Positions 18,297 through 27,593 of a stretch of DNA of 64,000 nt are shown in pieces. The notes beneath the pieces were generated by a model, which was not told the DNA's origin, ran no database searches, and saw only the letters and a program-made list of their open reading frames with translations. The stretch lies in the IMG/VR virus record IMGVR_UViG_3300044846_003573. One strand, 5' to 3'. Position numbers and translations under genes: made by a program. Positions within the stretch are counted from its first letter, which is position 1, and each line of letters opens with the position of its first letter. Origin of the DNA: a virus (taxonomy: Duplodnaviria > Caudoviricetes).

Positions 18297-18303
18297 ATAA
18301 ATA
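18297..18303 (-). promoter_or_regulatory. putative late promoter motif TATTTAT upstream of bS21
   Basis: 39 nt upstream of ATG 18257. Confidence 0.45.
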
Positions 18304-18327
18304 AACGAAGATATGAAAAAATTGTAA

Positions 18328-18792
18328 ATGAAAAAAGGAAAAAGTTGCGTAATCAAAGGTTACAAACAAATAAAGTGTTCGTATGGAACTGTGGATTCGA
18401 AAAACTTAAAATCTATTTACTTAAACATCCAATCTTGGGTTGAACCAAAAGGTTTAGAGATGGATTGGGTACGACCTGTATCAATACTCAACAAAAATAT
18501 AAAAACAACTCTCGGTGATATAATTAACAAAGATTTATTTAATGATAAATTTATTGTTGATTTAGATTTAAGAACAAGTGGGATATCAATTAAAAAACGG
18601 TCTTTCATGAATTTAGAAATGACTCTTTTTGTTAAAACAGAGATGGGATTTAAATCAACAGAGTTAAAAAATGAATTAAAAAACGTAATATCACAAATAG
18701 AAAAATATTGTTTTAAACCTTCAAAATATTTTAAATTTTATTTAACCAAAAAGGATAAATTAAATACTACCGATAAATTAGAAAGTATTTAA
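18328..18792 (+). CDS. hypothetical protein (154 aa), divergent from bS21
   Basis: Clean ORF. Confidence 0.75.
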   Translation: MKKGKSCVIKGYKQIKCSYGTVDSKNLKSIYLNIQSWVEPKGLEMDWVRPVSILNKNIKTTLGDIINKDLFNDKFIVDLDLRTSGISIKKRSFMNLEMTLFVKTEMGFKSTELKNELKNVISQIEKYCFKPSKYFKFYLTKKDKLNTTDKLESI

Positions 18793-18799
18793 TATTTAT
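18793..18799 (+). promoter_or_regulatory. putative late promoter motif TATTTAT
   Basis: 16 nt upstream of the protease ATG. Confidence 0.55.
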
Positions 18800-18815
18800 C
18801 TAATAAAAAGGTAAA

Positions 18816-19535
18816 ATGCAAAATTATAAAATATTAGGTCCAAGAGAGACAGGAAAGGGTATTTTAATTGAGATGGATGCGGGATATGTTTCCCCAACAG
18901 AAAAACATAATCAAACATTCTTACAAGAAAGTAGGGATTTTAAAGATTATTCAAAACCATTTGAATTTTATGCCGTTCTACAAAAATATAATACACCAAA
19001 TAGAAATGGTAGAATATATCCCGAAAGAATTCTAAAGAGAGAATCGGATAACTATATTAAAAATTATATAGGTAAGAAAACATCCTTATCTGAACTTAAC
19101 CACCCTGAGTCTTCATTGATAGATTTAGATAGAGTATCACACATGATTACAGAGATGTGGTGGGATGGTAATGTTCTATTAGGTAAACTATTACTTCTGA
19201 CTTCACCAGGGTTTCATGAAAGAGGTATTGTATCAACAAAGGGTGACCAAGCTGCAAACCTATTAAGATTAGGTGTAACGTTAGGTATATCATCAAGAGG
19301 GGTAGGTTCATTAAAAAAGGTAGGTGACCAAAATGAAGTTCAAGATGATTTTGAATTAATTTGTTTTGACTTGGTATCTTCACCATCAACACCTGGAGCT
19401 TATTTATTTACTGAACCTGATGGAAGATTTGCGTTTGAAGAGAACCTACAAGAAGAAAATGAAATGAAAGCCGCAAGAACAGTTAACAAATCGCTTGATT
19501 TAATGGGAAGACTTTCCGATTATTTAAAAAAATAA
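18816..19535 (+). CDS. gp21: prohead protease (T4 gp21-like)
   Basis: NRNGRIYP, SELNHPE (catalytic His), GISSRGVGS (catalytic Ser), FDLVSSPS. Confidence 0.93.
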   Translation: MQNYKILGPRETGKGILIEMDAGYVSPTEKHNQTFLQESRDFKDYSKPFEFYAVLQKYNTPNRNGRIYPERILKRESDNYIKNYIGKKTSLSELNHPESSLIDLDRVSHMITEMWWDGNVLLGKLLLLTSPGFHERGIVSTKGDQAANLLRLGVTLGISSRGVGSLKKVGDQNEVQDDFELICFDLVSSPSTPGAYLFTEPDGRFAFEENLQEENEMKAARTVNKSLDLMGRLSDYLKK

Positions 19536-19541
19536 ATAATT

Positions 19542-19757
19542 ATGGAAATGGACGAAAAATACTTTGTGGCAAAAATTCAATATGATTTGCCAGATGAGAA
19601 CACAGGAAAAATTAAAAAAGTAAGAGAAGAAAAACTTGTAAAAGGTTATTCTGTTACTGATGTAGAAGCTAAAGTTACTGAAGCTTACAAATCATTTAGT
19701 TATGATTGGAGAATCACTTCAGTAAGTGAAAGTAAAATTGACGAAGTGTTTGAGTAA
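19542..19757 (+). CDS. DUF4494-like small protein
   Basis: YFVAKIQY...KKVREEKLVKGYSVTDVEAKV resembles the Bacteroidetes-associated DUF4494 pattern (from memory). Confidence 0.55.
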   Translation: MEMDEKYFVAKIQYDLPDENTGKIKKVREEKLVKGYSVTDVEAKVTEAYKSFSYDWRITSVSESKIDEVFE

Positions 19758-19779
19758 TTACAAAGTTTAAAAAAAATTT

Positions 19780-19806
19780 AAAAGGGGACGAAAGTCCCCT
19801 TTTTTT
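19780..19806 (+). terminator. intrinsic terminator with GAAA loop
   Basis: AAAAGGGGAC-GAAA-GTCCCCTTTTTTT. Confidence 0.88.
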
Positions 19807-19847
19807 ATTTAAAAACCAAAAAAAAATAATTTTTCTAAACATCTACA

Positions 19848-19854
19848 TATTTAT
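19848..19854 (+). promoter_or_regulatory. putative late promoter motif TATTTAT for the scaffold-capsid transcript
   Basis: 19 nt upstream of ATG 19874, just after a terminator. Confidence 0.6.
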
Positions 19855-19873
19855 TTAATAAAATAACTACGCA

Positions 19874-21226
19874 ATGGCAGAAAAAAACTTAGTTGAAGAA
19901 GCATTAATCCAAATACAAAATTTGGAAGAAGCAATCAATGAAAACGCAAAAGAAATACTTCATTCTACAATGAAAGAAGAAATTAGCGAATTAGTAAAAG
20001 AGTCTATGAAAAATGAGGCTGAAGAAGAAGATGAATTTGAAGTTGAAGACGAATTAGAATTTGAAGATGGTTCTGAGGAAGAAGAAGACGAATTAGAATT
20101 TGATGATGAGTCTGATGAAGATGAGTCTGATGAGGAAGATTTCGAATTTGGAACTGAGGATGACGAAGATTCTGAAGAAGAATTTGACATGCCAGATTTA
20201 TCTGATATGGGTGGTAACGATGAATTTAATTCTACTGAAGTAACTGATTTAACTGACAGTTCAATGGAAGATGTTCTTAAAGCGTTCAAACAAATGAGCT
20301 CTGATGACAGTTTTGAAATTAAAAAAGAAGGTGATTTTATTCATTTAAGAGATGAGGAAGATGAATACCTTATTCAAACTGAATCTGAAGAAGAAGAGTA
20401 TGAAGGTTTTGAATATGAAGAAATGGAAGAAGAATTAGATGAAATTGTTTATGAAATTGAAATGAGTGAAGAAGCTGAAGAGGAAGAAGAATATGAACTT
20501 GAAGAAGACATATTTACTGAATCTACTAAAGCAGTGGTTGGTAAAGGTGTTAAGTTAGGAAACGCTAAAACAGCATCTACTTACAAAAAAACACAAGGTG
20601 GTTTCAACGAAAAGAAAGCTCACGCAAATCCTACAAAAGGAACAGGTAAACCTAAATTTGAGTTCAAAGAAGAAGCTTCAATGGACACAGACAAGAGACC
20701 TATAAGATTCGGAACAAAAGAGGAAGCTAAAGAAGCTGCTCGTACTTACGGATTTGGTTCTAAAAAAGGACGTGGTTTAAGAAAGGGTATTACACCTAAC
20801 AGAAACTTAACGTTTGAAAGTCGTGAAATTATGGAAGAAGTTGAAATGTTAAGGTCTAAAAATGAAGAATACAGAAAAGCTCTAAATATGTTTAGAGACA
20901 AACTTAACGAAGTTGCTGTGTTTAATTCAAATTTGGCATACGCTACAAGATTGTTCACAGAACACTCTACGTCAAAGCAAGAAAAAATTAACATTTTAAG
21001 AAGATTTGACACCGCAGACACTCTTAAAGAATCTAAAGCTCTTTATAAGACAATAAAAGACGAGTTAGGTGGTGCAACCACTAAAGCTCCGATGACAGAA
21101 TCAATCGAAAGAGTGATGGAGAAAGTTCCACAATCAGGTTCAGCTGTGAATTTGATTGAATCAAAAACTTACGAAAATCCTCAATTCTTGAGAATGAAAG
21201 ACATTATGTCAAAAATAATAAAATAA
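19874..21226 (+). CDS. prohead scaffold/core protein (gp22-like position)
   Basis: Very acidic coiled coil between protease and MCP; C-terminal AVFNSNLAYATRLF...EKINILRRFD. Confidence 0.8.
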   Translation: MAEKNLVEEALIQIQNLEEAINENAKEILHSTMKEEISELVKESMKNEAEEEDEFEVEDELEFEDGSEEEEDELEFDDESDEDESDEEDFEFGTEDDEDSEEEFDMPDLSDMGGNDEFNSTEVTDLTDSSMEDVLKAFKQMSSDDSFEIKKEGDFIHLRDEEDEYLIQTESEEEEYEGFEYEEMEEELDEIVYEIEMSEEAEEEEEYELEEDIFTESTKAVVGKGVKLGNAKTASTYKKTQGGFNEKKAHANPTKGTGKPKFEFKEEASMDTDKRPIRFGTKEEAKEAARTYGFGSKKGRGLRKGITPNRNLTFESREIMEEVEMLRSKNEEYRKALNMFRDKLNEVAVFNSNLAYATRLFTEHSTSKQEKINILRRFDTADTLKESKALYKTIKDELGGATTKAPMTESIERVMEKVPQSGSAVNLIESKTYENPQFLRMKDIMSKIIK

Positions 21227-21257
21227 ACTTAAAAAAATAAAAAACCTATAAAATAAA

Positions 21258-23108
21258 ATGGGAGCATTATTAGAAAGTGGATTAGTAGGTAACATCGGTC
21301 TTAAGCACTTGAAAGTTATCAAAGAAGACACTATAAACAAATGGGACAAATTAGGGTTCCTTGAAGGTCTTAGAGGCCACCTAAAAGAAAACGTTGCTCA
21401 GTTGTATGAAAACCAAGCATCATTCTTAATTAACGAAGCGGCTTCAACTGCTGATTCAGGTTCATTCGAAACTGTGGTATTCCCTATCATCAGACGTGTG
21501 TTCTCTAAATTATTAGCTAACGAAATCGTATCTGTACAAGCTATGAACTTACCAATCGGTAAATTGTTCTACTTTGTACCTCAAATTCAAGGTTATTCTG
21601 CAGCAACTCCAACACAAGGAGCTTCAGGAGAAGCTGGACACAGAGCACCTGTAGGTTCTCCTGGAAACTATCCTGGTGACCCAAATGCTGGTTACACTGA
21701 TTCAACTGCGTATCCAAAGAACCTTTATGATTTATTCTATGAAGGAAATGAACCAGGTTTAAACCCATCAGGTCTTTTTGATTATTCAAAAGGTGGTTGG
21801 TATTGGGTTACTGGTGCAACTAACCAAGTAGTTTGGTCAAACGGTTCATTAGTAGTATCTGGATATGGTTCAGGTGAATACAGAAAATTACTTTTAGTAA
21901 TGTCTGGTTTCACATCAGTAGGTGACGGTAAGTTAATTGGCCCTGATGGACAAGAAATGGATACTGAAACATTCCTTTCTGATTTAACTTTATTACCAAC
22001 TTCCGCATTAGCAGCAAGAATTAACGCATCTGGTGGTAATGTTACTACTTCTACACCACTTTTATTCCGTGTTGTTACACAAAAATACGGTAAAGGTATT
22101 GTTGAATATGGTACTAACAAAACTACAACATGGCCAGGTGGAGCGACTCCTGGAAATGGAGGTTCGTTCTATGATGTATGTAGTGCTGATGGTGTTATCT
22201 ACTTAGAAGTTGATTTACAAACACCAGCATGTATCTCTTGTGGAGCATCTACTCCTGATGGTTACACTGGAACTACTTTCACAACTACTTTAACGGGTGT
22301 TACAACTAACACTGCAGTTACTGCATATTGGAAGCGTTACCAAGAGTTAGAATTTGAAGACAAAATTGGTGAAGTTTCTTTCGACCTTCAATCAGTAACA
22401 GTTTCTGTAACTGAAAGAAAGTTAAGAGCACAATGGTCTCCAGAACTTGCTCAAGACGTTGCAGCGTTCCACAACATCGATGCTGAAGCTGAATTAACAG
22501 CTTTATTATCTGAGCAAGTGGCAGCTGAAATTGACCGTGAAATTTTACGTGACTTACGTAAAGGTGCAGCTTGGACATTACGTTGGGATTACAACGGATG
22601 GAAGCGTCTGAACAACCAATCAACTCCTTACACTCAAAAGGACTGGAATCAAACGTTGATTACTGCAATCAACCAAATTTCAGCTCAAATCCATAAGTCT
22701 ACTTTAAGAGGTGGAGCTAACTGGATTGTTGTATCTTCTGAAATCAGTGCTATCTTTGATGACTTGGAATACTTCCACGTATCAAACGCGGCTCCTGAGC
22801 AGGACCAATTCAACATGGGTATCGAGAGAGTTGGTACATTAAGTGGTCGTTACCAAGTATACCGTGACCCATACTTCCCACCAAACACTGTGTTGATTGG
22901 TCACAAAGGTACTTCGTTATTGGATACTGGATATATCTACGCTCCATACGTACCATTACAATTAACTCCAACAATGTATAACCCATTCAACTTTACTCCT
23001 ATCAAGGGTATTATGACACGTTACGCTAAGAAGATGGTTAATAACCGTTTCTATGGACGTATCATCGTTGATGGTGTTCGTACATTCGATTTGAATGAAT
23101 TAAGATAA
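21258..23108 (+). CDS. gp23: major capsid protein (T4 gp23-like) with a large Gly/Thr-rich insertion
   Basis: VFPIIRRVF, IVSVQAMNLPIGKLFY, RKLRAQWSPELAQD, AEIDREI, YAPYVPLQ, GIMTRYA. Confidence 0.96.
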   Translation: MGALLESGLVGNIGLKHLKVIKEDTINKWDKLGFLEGLRGHLKENVAQLYENQASFLINEAASTADSGSFETVVFPIIRRVFSKLLANEIVSVQAMNLPIGKLFYFVPQIQGYSAATPTQGASGEAGHRAPVGSPGNYPGDPNAGYTDSTAYPKNLYDLFYEGNEPGLNPSGLFDYSKGGWYWVTGATNQVVWSNGSLVVSGYGSGEYRKLLLVMSGFTSVGDGKLIGPDGQEMDTETFLSDLTLLPTSALAARINASGGNVTTSTPLLFRVVTQKYGKGIVEYGTNKTTTWPGGATPGNGGSFYDVCSADGVIYLEVDLQTPACISCGASTPDGYTGTTFTTTLTGVTTNTAVTAYWKRYQELEFEDKIGEVSFDLQSVTVSVTERKLRAQWSPELAQDVAAFHNIDAEAELTALLSEQVAAEIDREILRDLRKGAAWTLRWDYNGWKRLNNQSTPYTQKDWNQTLITAINQISAQIHKSTLRGGANWIVVSSEISAIFDDLEYFHVSNAAPEQDQFNMGIERVGTLSGRYQVYRDPYFPPNTVLIGHKGTSLLDTGYIYAPYVPLQLTPTMYNPFNFTPIKGIMTRYAKKMVNNRFYGRIIVDGVRTFDLNELR

Positions 23109-23125
23109 TCTATCTTAATGTAGAT

Positions 23126-23156
23126 AAAAAAAGGTCAGAGAAATCTGACCTTTTTT
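23126..23156. terminator. bidirectional terminator after MCP with GAAA loop
   Basis: A7-GGTCAGA-GAAA-TCTGACC-T6. Confidence 0.88.
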
Positions 23157-23409
23157 ATTTTTTAATAATTCTCAAGGATTTTGATATTACTTCAGATTCC
23201 AATAAAGTAAATGCACCACGTTTATATGCCGCAACAATTGCTTGTATAAGACATTGATTGGATTCAATTTCATTTAAATTATTTATAAAGTTATTTAAAT
23301 CTTTTTCAGAATTAAATTGTATTGTGTCAAAAATACTTTCTGGTGAAGATAAAGAATTAAACTTATCTATTATTTCTTGATTTAAATTATCTTCTTCTAA
23401 ATGTTCCAT
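23155..23409 (-). CDS. hypothetical protein (84 aa)
   Basis: Clean ORF; TATCTTTA (-7-like element) upstream at 23434-23427. Confidence 0.65.
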   Translation of the reverse strand: MEHLEEDNLNQEIIDKFNSLSSPESIFDTIQFNSEKDLNNFINNLNEIESNQCLIQAIVAAYKRGAFTLLESEVISKSLRIIKK

Positions 23410-23418
23410 AGTATGTTA

Positions 23419-23425
23419 TATTTAT
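23419..23425 (+). promoter_or_regulatory. putative late promoter motif TATTTAT
   Basis: 25 nt upstream of ATG 23451. Confidence 0.5.
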
Positions 23426-23450
23426 ATAAAGATAGTAAAAAAAAATCCAT

Positions 23451-24401
23451 ATGAAAAGTAACGTTATATTAGAAATATTAAAAAAATTCAAAGAGTATAA
23501 CGAATATATTGTTGAATCTACTTCGACAGGTGATGCGGGTAGTTATAGAGCCCCATTAAGACCTGGATTAAAGTTGTGGGATAAGAATATTTTAGAGCCC
23601 TTTACTGAACAATTAAATGGTTATGATAATGCTGAAGTATATGTTGATTCACTTGATGGTAATATTGATACTAAGGGTATTAAAAGAAAAGAAGAAATGT
23701 CGGTCGCAATTTCAAAGTCAGACAAAAAACATCCTATTCAGAATGATGAAGATGGTAGTAATTTGAATGATAACCCTGTTAACACAAAACTACTTAAAAA
23801 AGTTTTTGATAATAAAAAAATAAAAGAGGGTACTAATAGTTCTGTAAGTGCTGGTGAGTATTCAGGTCCTATTGAAATAGGTTTAAAAAAATGGAGAAAA
23901 CAAGAATTAGGACCATTTACTGATGACAGTAACCATCAAACAACAAATAAAGCTAAGAAAAAAAATCTTAAAAATAATATTAAAAAAACTGTCGGTATTT
24001 GGGAAAAACATAAAGATAGTGGTTATGAGATTCCAACACACGATGTTCATACTATAAAAGAAGATTTAGGAGTTTGGTTTGGTACAAAGAAAAAACCAAA
24101 AGGTAGTAAACAACCTAAGGGGCCTTGGGTTAATATCTGTAGTAAAAAAGATGGAAAACATCCACCATGTGGTAGACCTGAGGGTGATACAAAGGGTTAT
24201 CCTAAATGTAGAGCGGTAGGAGTTGCTGCTAAAATGTCTGATTCACAAAAACAATCGGCTTGTCAACAAAAAAGAAAGGCTGAAAAAAAAGATACTCAAA
24301 CAGGTAAGGGTCAAAAACCTGTTATGACATCATACAAACCTAAAAAGAAAAAGACCAACGAATCGGTCTTAATATCTTTAATCAGGAAAGCTTTAGATTA
24401 A
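23451..24401 (+). CDS. basic modular putative internal head protein with Cys-containing C-terminal module
   Basis: Modules delimited by IVE/IKE/TNE; EDLGVWF...PWVNIC...PPCGR...YPKCRA...ACQQKR. Confidence 0.7.
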   Translation: MKSNVILEILKKFKEYNEYIVESTSTGDAGSYRAPLRPGLKLWDKNILEPFTEQLNGYDNAEVYVDSLDGNIDTKGIKRKEEMSVAISKSDKKHPIQNDEDGSNLNDNPVNTKLLKKVFDNKKIKEGTNSSVSAGEYSGPIEIGLKKWRKQELGPFTDDSNHQTTNKAKKKNLKNNIKKTVGIWEKHKDSGYEIPTHDVHTIKEDLGVWFGTKKKPKGSKQPKGPWVNICSKKDGKHPPCGRPEGDTKGYPKCRAVGVAAKMSDSQKQSACQQKRKAEKKDTQTGKGQKPVMTSYKPKKKKTNESVLISLIRKALD

Positions 24402-24643
24402 TAAATACTTTTGCTAACTCTAATACCTGGTTTAGGTGGCTCATAAGTTCTTTCAGGTCTTGAGTATTGTCCTGTATTATATTCAGAATTTAATTCTCTT
24501 AATGCATTTTTATATTCACCTGTTTCATCAGATAATATTCTATCAATAACATCTTGAACTAAACCTCTATCAAGTCTTCCGTATTCTGGTTCTTCTGACA
24601 TTTCTTTTAATACTTTTTTAATTTGGATATCTAACTTTGACAT
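24398..24643 (-). CDS. small protein with IKKVLKE leader
   Basis: MSKLDIQIKKVLKE; TATTTAT upstream at 24678-24672. Confidence 0.7.
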   Translation of the reverse strand: MSKLDIQIKKVLKEMSEEPEYGRLDRGLVQDVIDRILSDETGEYKNALRELNSEYNTGQYSRPERTYEPPKPGIRVSKSIY

Positions 24644-24653
24644 GATTCTAATA

Positions 24654-25058
24654 TTAACAATTTATTTTATTATAAATATTATCAAGTGAATGATTAATTT
24701 GACTTTCCAATTCTTTTTCAATCTCCATTGCTCTATATTCCATTTCTCTACGGAATGAGATAACCAATTTTTCCCATTGAATCTTACTTAATTTAATAAA
24801 ATAACTGTATGTATGATTGGTTATTGTAACTTGTCCACCATCCATTGTAACAAAAATACCTAATTTATCATTACGGATATATTTTTTATCGGATATTGGA
24901 GCGATTATAAGTTCAGAATCTTCCGAATGAATGAGTTTACGGCATATGGTGGAACATTTCCTCACGTTAGACATATAGATGTCAAATTCGGTATCCTTTC
25001 GGTCTAATTTACGTAAATACAGACGATACTTAATCCACAGTTTTTTTATTATAGTCAT
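24654..25058 (-). CDS. hypothetical protein (134 aa)
   Basis: Clean ORF with host-type promoter upstream. Confidence 0.7.
   Translation of the reverse strand: MTIIKKLWIKYRLYLRKLDRKDTEFDIYMSNVRKCSTICRKLIHSEDSELIIAPISDKKYIRNDKLGIFVTMDGGQVTITNHTYSYFIKLSKIQWEKLVISFRREMEYRAMEIEKELESQINHSLDNIYNKINC
24672..24678 (-). promoter_or_regulatory. putative late promoter motif TATTTAT
   Basis: 28 nt upstream of ATG 24643. Confidence 0.45.
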
Positions 25059-25077
25059 TTCATTTATGATTTGACTA

Positions 25078-25108
25078 CAAATATACTATGATTTTTTAAT
25101 AATTCAAA
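25078..25108 (-). promoter_or_regulatory. Bacteroidetes-type promoter
   Basis: Minus strand TTTG (25108-25105), 19 nt, TATATTTG (25085-25078). Confidence 0.7.
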
Positions 25109-25116
25109 ATTTTTAA

Positions 25117-25560
25117 TTAACAATACGCACCTGAACAATGTTTTTTTCCGTCAAGACCTTTGATTTTGCCCTTACATACTTGAACAGCATGGCCATTCGC
25201 ATAAGCACTTGGGTACACGTCATATTTTGATTTTGCAGACGCAACACCACGAGCACATAATTTAGTACCAGCTTTTTTACGACCTTCATACATTACATCA
25301 ACTGCGTCCTCACTACTAAAATCATCACCTTCAATTTCATTCATGATAAAATCAAATACTTGGTCCATATTATTTTTAGCTTCAGCGATATGGTCTTGAG
25401 CCCAATCGTGTCCATTATCTAAAATAGATTCAATCATTTGTTTATCTTTACCAAGTAGTATTTCACATTGGCGTTTCATTTGTTCTAAGTTAGAGAAAAA
25501 CATATATCTTTGATTTTCCTCTTTAAGAACTTTTTTAATTATGTTATTTAAATTTTTCAT
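25117..25560 (-). CDS. small protein with IIKKVLKE leader and basic Cys-containing C-terminal module (likely start ATG 25560)
   Basis: MKNLNNIIKKVLKEE...YMFFSNLEQM...HDWAQDHI...LCARGVASAKSKYDVYPSAYANGHAVQVCKG. Confidence 0.75.
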   Translation of the reverse strand: MKNLNNIIKKVLKEENQRYMFFSNLEQMKRQCEILLGKDKQMIESILDNGHDWAQDHIAEAKNNMDQVFDFIMNEIEGDDFSSEDAVDVMYEGRKKAGTKLCARGVASAKSKYDVYPSAYANGHAVQVCKGKIKGLDGKKHCSGAYC

Positions 25561-25561
25561 A

Positions 25562-26080
25562 TTACGCAATCATATCATCTTCTTTTAGGTCATTACAGAC
25601 TACATCTAAAAACACTTCAATATCGTGTTCTAAACCTTCATAATCTTCAAATACGTTAGTTCCTTCAGTTGTATTTTCAAACATACAAGTTTGAAAATTA
25701 CCCTCAGTATCACAATAAATTTCACCATAGTAATCACTATCATCAACTGTTAGATATCCTGTATGTATTTTTTCATCTTCAGTATCTTCAGTTGACTCAT
25801 ATCTAAATTTAAATGACGGCATACCTGGGAATTCAAAAGACCAAAAACCACCAGCTTTAGTCATAAAATCTTCTTTAGATGACGGTTCATCTTCTATTGA
25901 AATACCTTTAGTAAATTTTTCAAGAGTTTCTCTTTCTTCAGGTGTGATTGATTCCATTCCTGATTGACTAATTTTATCTAAAATCATGTCAATTTTATCT
26001 TCACCTGGTGACAAAGCTTCAGATAATACAAATTTTAATAATTTAATATATTCGTTTTCTTTTAATACTACTTTTTTCAT
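25562..26080 (-). CDS. acidic hypothetical protein with KKVVLKE...VLSE leader
   Basis: MKKVVLKENEYIKLLKFVLSEA; DMILDKISQSGMESITPEERETL. Confidence 0.7.
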   Translation of the reverse strand: MKKVVLKENEYIKLLKFVLSEALSPGEDKIDMILDKISQSGMESITPEERETLEKFTKGISIEDEPSSKEDFMTKAGGFWSFEFPGMPSFKFRYESTEDTEDEKIHTGYLTVDDSDYYGEIYCDTEGNFQTCMFENTTEGTNVFEDYEGLEHDIEVFLDVVCNDLKEDDMIA

Positions 26081-27573
26081 TTCTTATTAACTATTTGGAA
26101 TGTTAGTGTTTTTTTATAAGTATCTACTTCTCCTGATGTTAGTACTTTAATATCAACATTATATTCATTTGGTATTTTATCTTTTGTATCAAATATAAAA
26201 TAGTATTCATTAGAAGCTCTATTAATTTGAGTCCAATCTTGAACTTGTACCTCAGTAGTTCCCTCGTTAACATATATTCTATAATATGCTGTGACAGGGG
26301 TTAATACTTGATTTGATGTGTATGCCTTTTTAATAATCACACCAACTTTTCTAACATCAGTATTAAGTATTTTTTCATCTTGTTTAATACCGTAAAAATC
26401 AAAACCAAATAATTCAGGGTCTCTACTTTGTGTTCCTAATGTAAAATACCCTTGATAAGGTAATACAGTTAAATCATTAACCACATTAGGTAATGAAATA
26501 CCGTCATAAACTAAATTAGACCAAGTATCCGTAAACATACATGGTGTTGTTACAGTTATTCCACTTGTTGTTATTTGATAAATACCTTGTGTTATTTGAC
26601 AACCTGTGTATGTCCCAACAACATTACCCTGATTATTCTCAAGAGTTACAATAGGTAGATTATCTAAACTTGTTGGAACCCCGCCAATATAAGAATATAA
26701 ATAAAGACGATTATTGTTATGTGAATAAAAAGAATTTCTATTATCTAATATTAAATCATTATACGAAGTTTCTAAAAACGGTTCGTAAAATGTTTGAGTA
26801 TGTCTTGTAAAAAATCCAACAGAATAGTTTTCAGTTAATCCTGTTAAATTTTCTAATTGAGGTAAATAAGCAATTCCCCATCCTGTAAATCCTGATGTTG
26901 AACCTGTTAGATATTGATTAATTTCATTTGTCATGTCAAATTCAATATCCTCATTACCAAATTCAAAGTGTTGGGTATCAACGATGATTAAATCTGAATA
27001 ATCAACATTACCTCCCGTTGTATTATTATATATTCCATTTGTACTCCATCCACTTAATGTTGTTGTTTGAAACCAATTAGATGGTCTTTGTGAATATGAT
27101 TTATCTTGAGGTAATGCAATTGGTGATAATAAACCATTCCCAGAATTTAATGTTCTTTGGACATCGTAATAATCGTAACCAACACCTTCATCCCATAATT
27201 GAGCAGTTCCTGTATTACCTGATGTCAGTGGAATTCTAAATAAAATTAAATCAAATGAAGTTGCTCTTAATCTTCCTTGACTGGTATATTCATTAGATAA
27301 CCCTTCTTTATCAAATGACGATGTATTTGTCATTCTTAATGTATGAGTTATTCCTGAAAATCCAGTACATCCTGTAGATATGACTCCGTCTTGAATTTTT
27401 TGGGTAAGACCTGATAAATTTAAATCAAATATAAATCTACTAAATCCTGGTGACGCAATTACCGTGTCTGATGAACCAAAATAAAGTTGTGTGTACGGAG
27501 ATTTACCAGTATTAACATAACTGTTTGAAAGTATGGTATTGTTTTTACTAAAATATGAACGATGGATTGACAT
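26077..27573 (-). CDS. putative virion structural (tail/baseplate) beta-rich protein
   Basis: Thr/Gly/Tyr-rich, eight [ST]GxT motifs, late motif upstream, adjacent to the spike gene. Confidence 0.6.
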   Translation of the reverse strand: MSIHRSYFSKNNTILSNSYVNTGKSPYTQLYFGSSDTVIASPGFSRFIFDLNLSGLTQKIQDGVISTGCTGFSGITHTLRMTNTSSFDKEGLSNEYTSQGRLRATSFDLILFRIPLTSGNTGTAQLWDEGVGYDYYDVQRTLNSGNGLLSPIALPQDKSYSQRPSNWFQTTTLSGWSTNGIYNNTTGGNVDYSDLIIVDTQHFEFGNEDIEFDMTNEINQYLTGSTSGFTGWGIAYLPQLENLTGLTENYSVGFFTRHTQTFYEPFLETSYNDLILDNRNSFYSHNNNRLYLYSYIGGVPTSLDNLPIVTLENNQGNVVGTYTGCQITQGIYQITTSGITVTTPCMFTDTWSNLVYDGISLPNVVNDLTVLPYQGYFTLGTQSRDPELFGFDFYGIKQDEKILNTDVRKVGVIIKKAYTSNQVLTPVTAYYRIYVNEGTTEVQVQDWTQINRASNEYYFIFDTKDKIPNEYNVDIKVLTSGEVDTYKKTLTFQIVNKK

Positions 27574-27586
27574 TTACTCTTTTTAG

Positions 27587-27593
27587 ATAAATA
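27587..27593 (-). promoter_or_regulatory. putative late promoter motif TATTTAT
   Basis: 13 nt upstream of ATG 27573. Confidence 0.55.

Noticed and set aside
18258-18356. 33-aa N-terminal extension of bS21 in the ORF track
   Set aside because: The extension is hydrophobic intergenic sequence overlapping the divergent gene; MLIIPV at 18257 matches the bS21 N-terminus
19960-20289. Ser-rich antisense ORF
   Set aside because: Reverse complement of the Glu/Asp-rich scaffold gene; a shadow ORF
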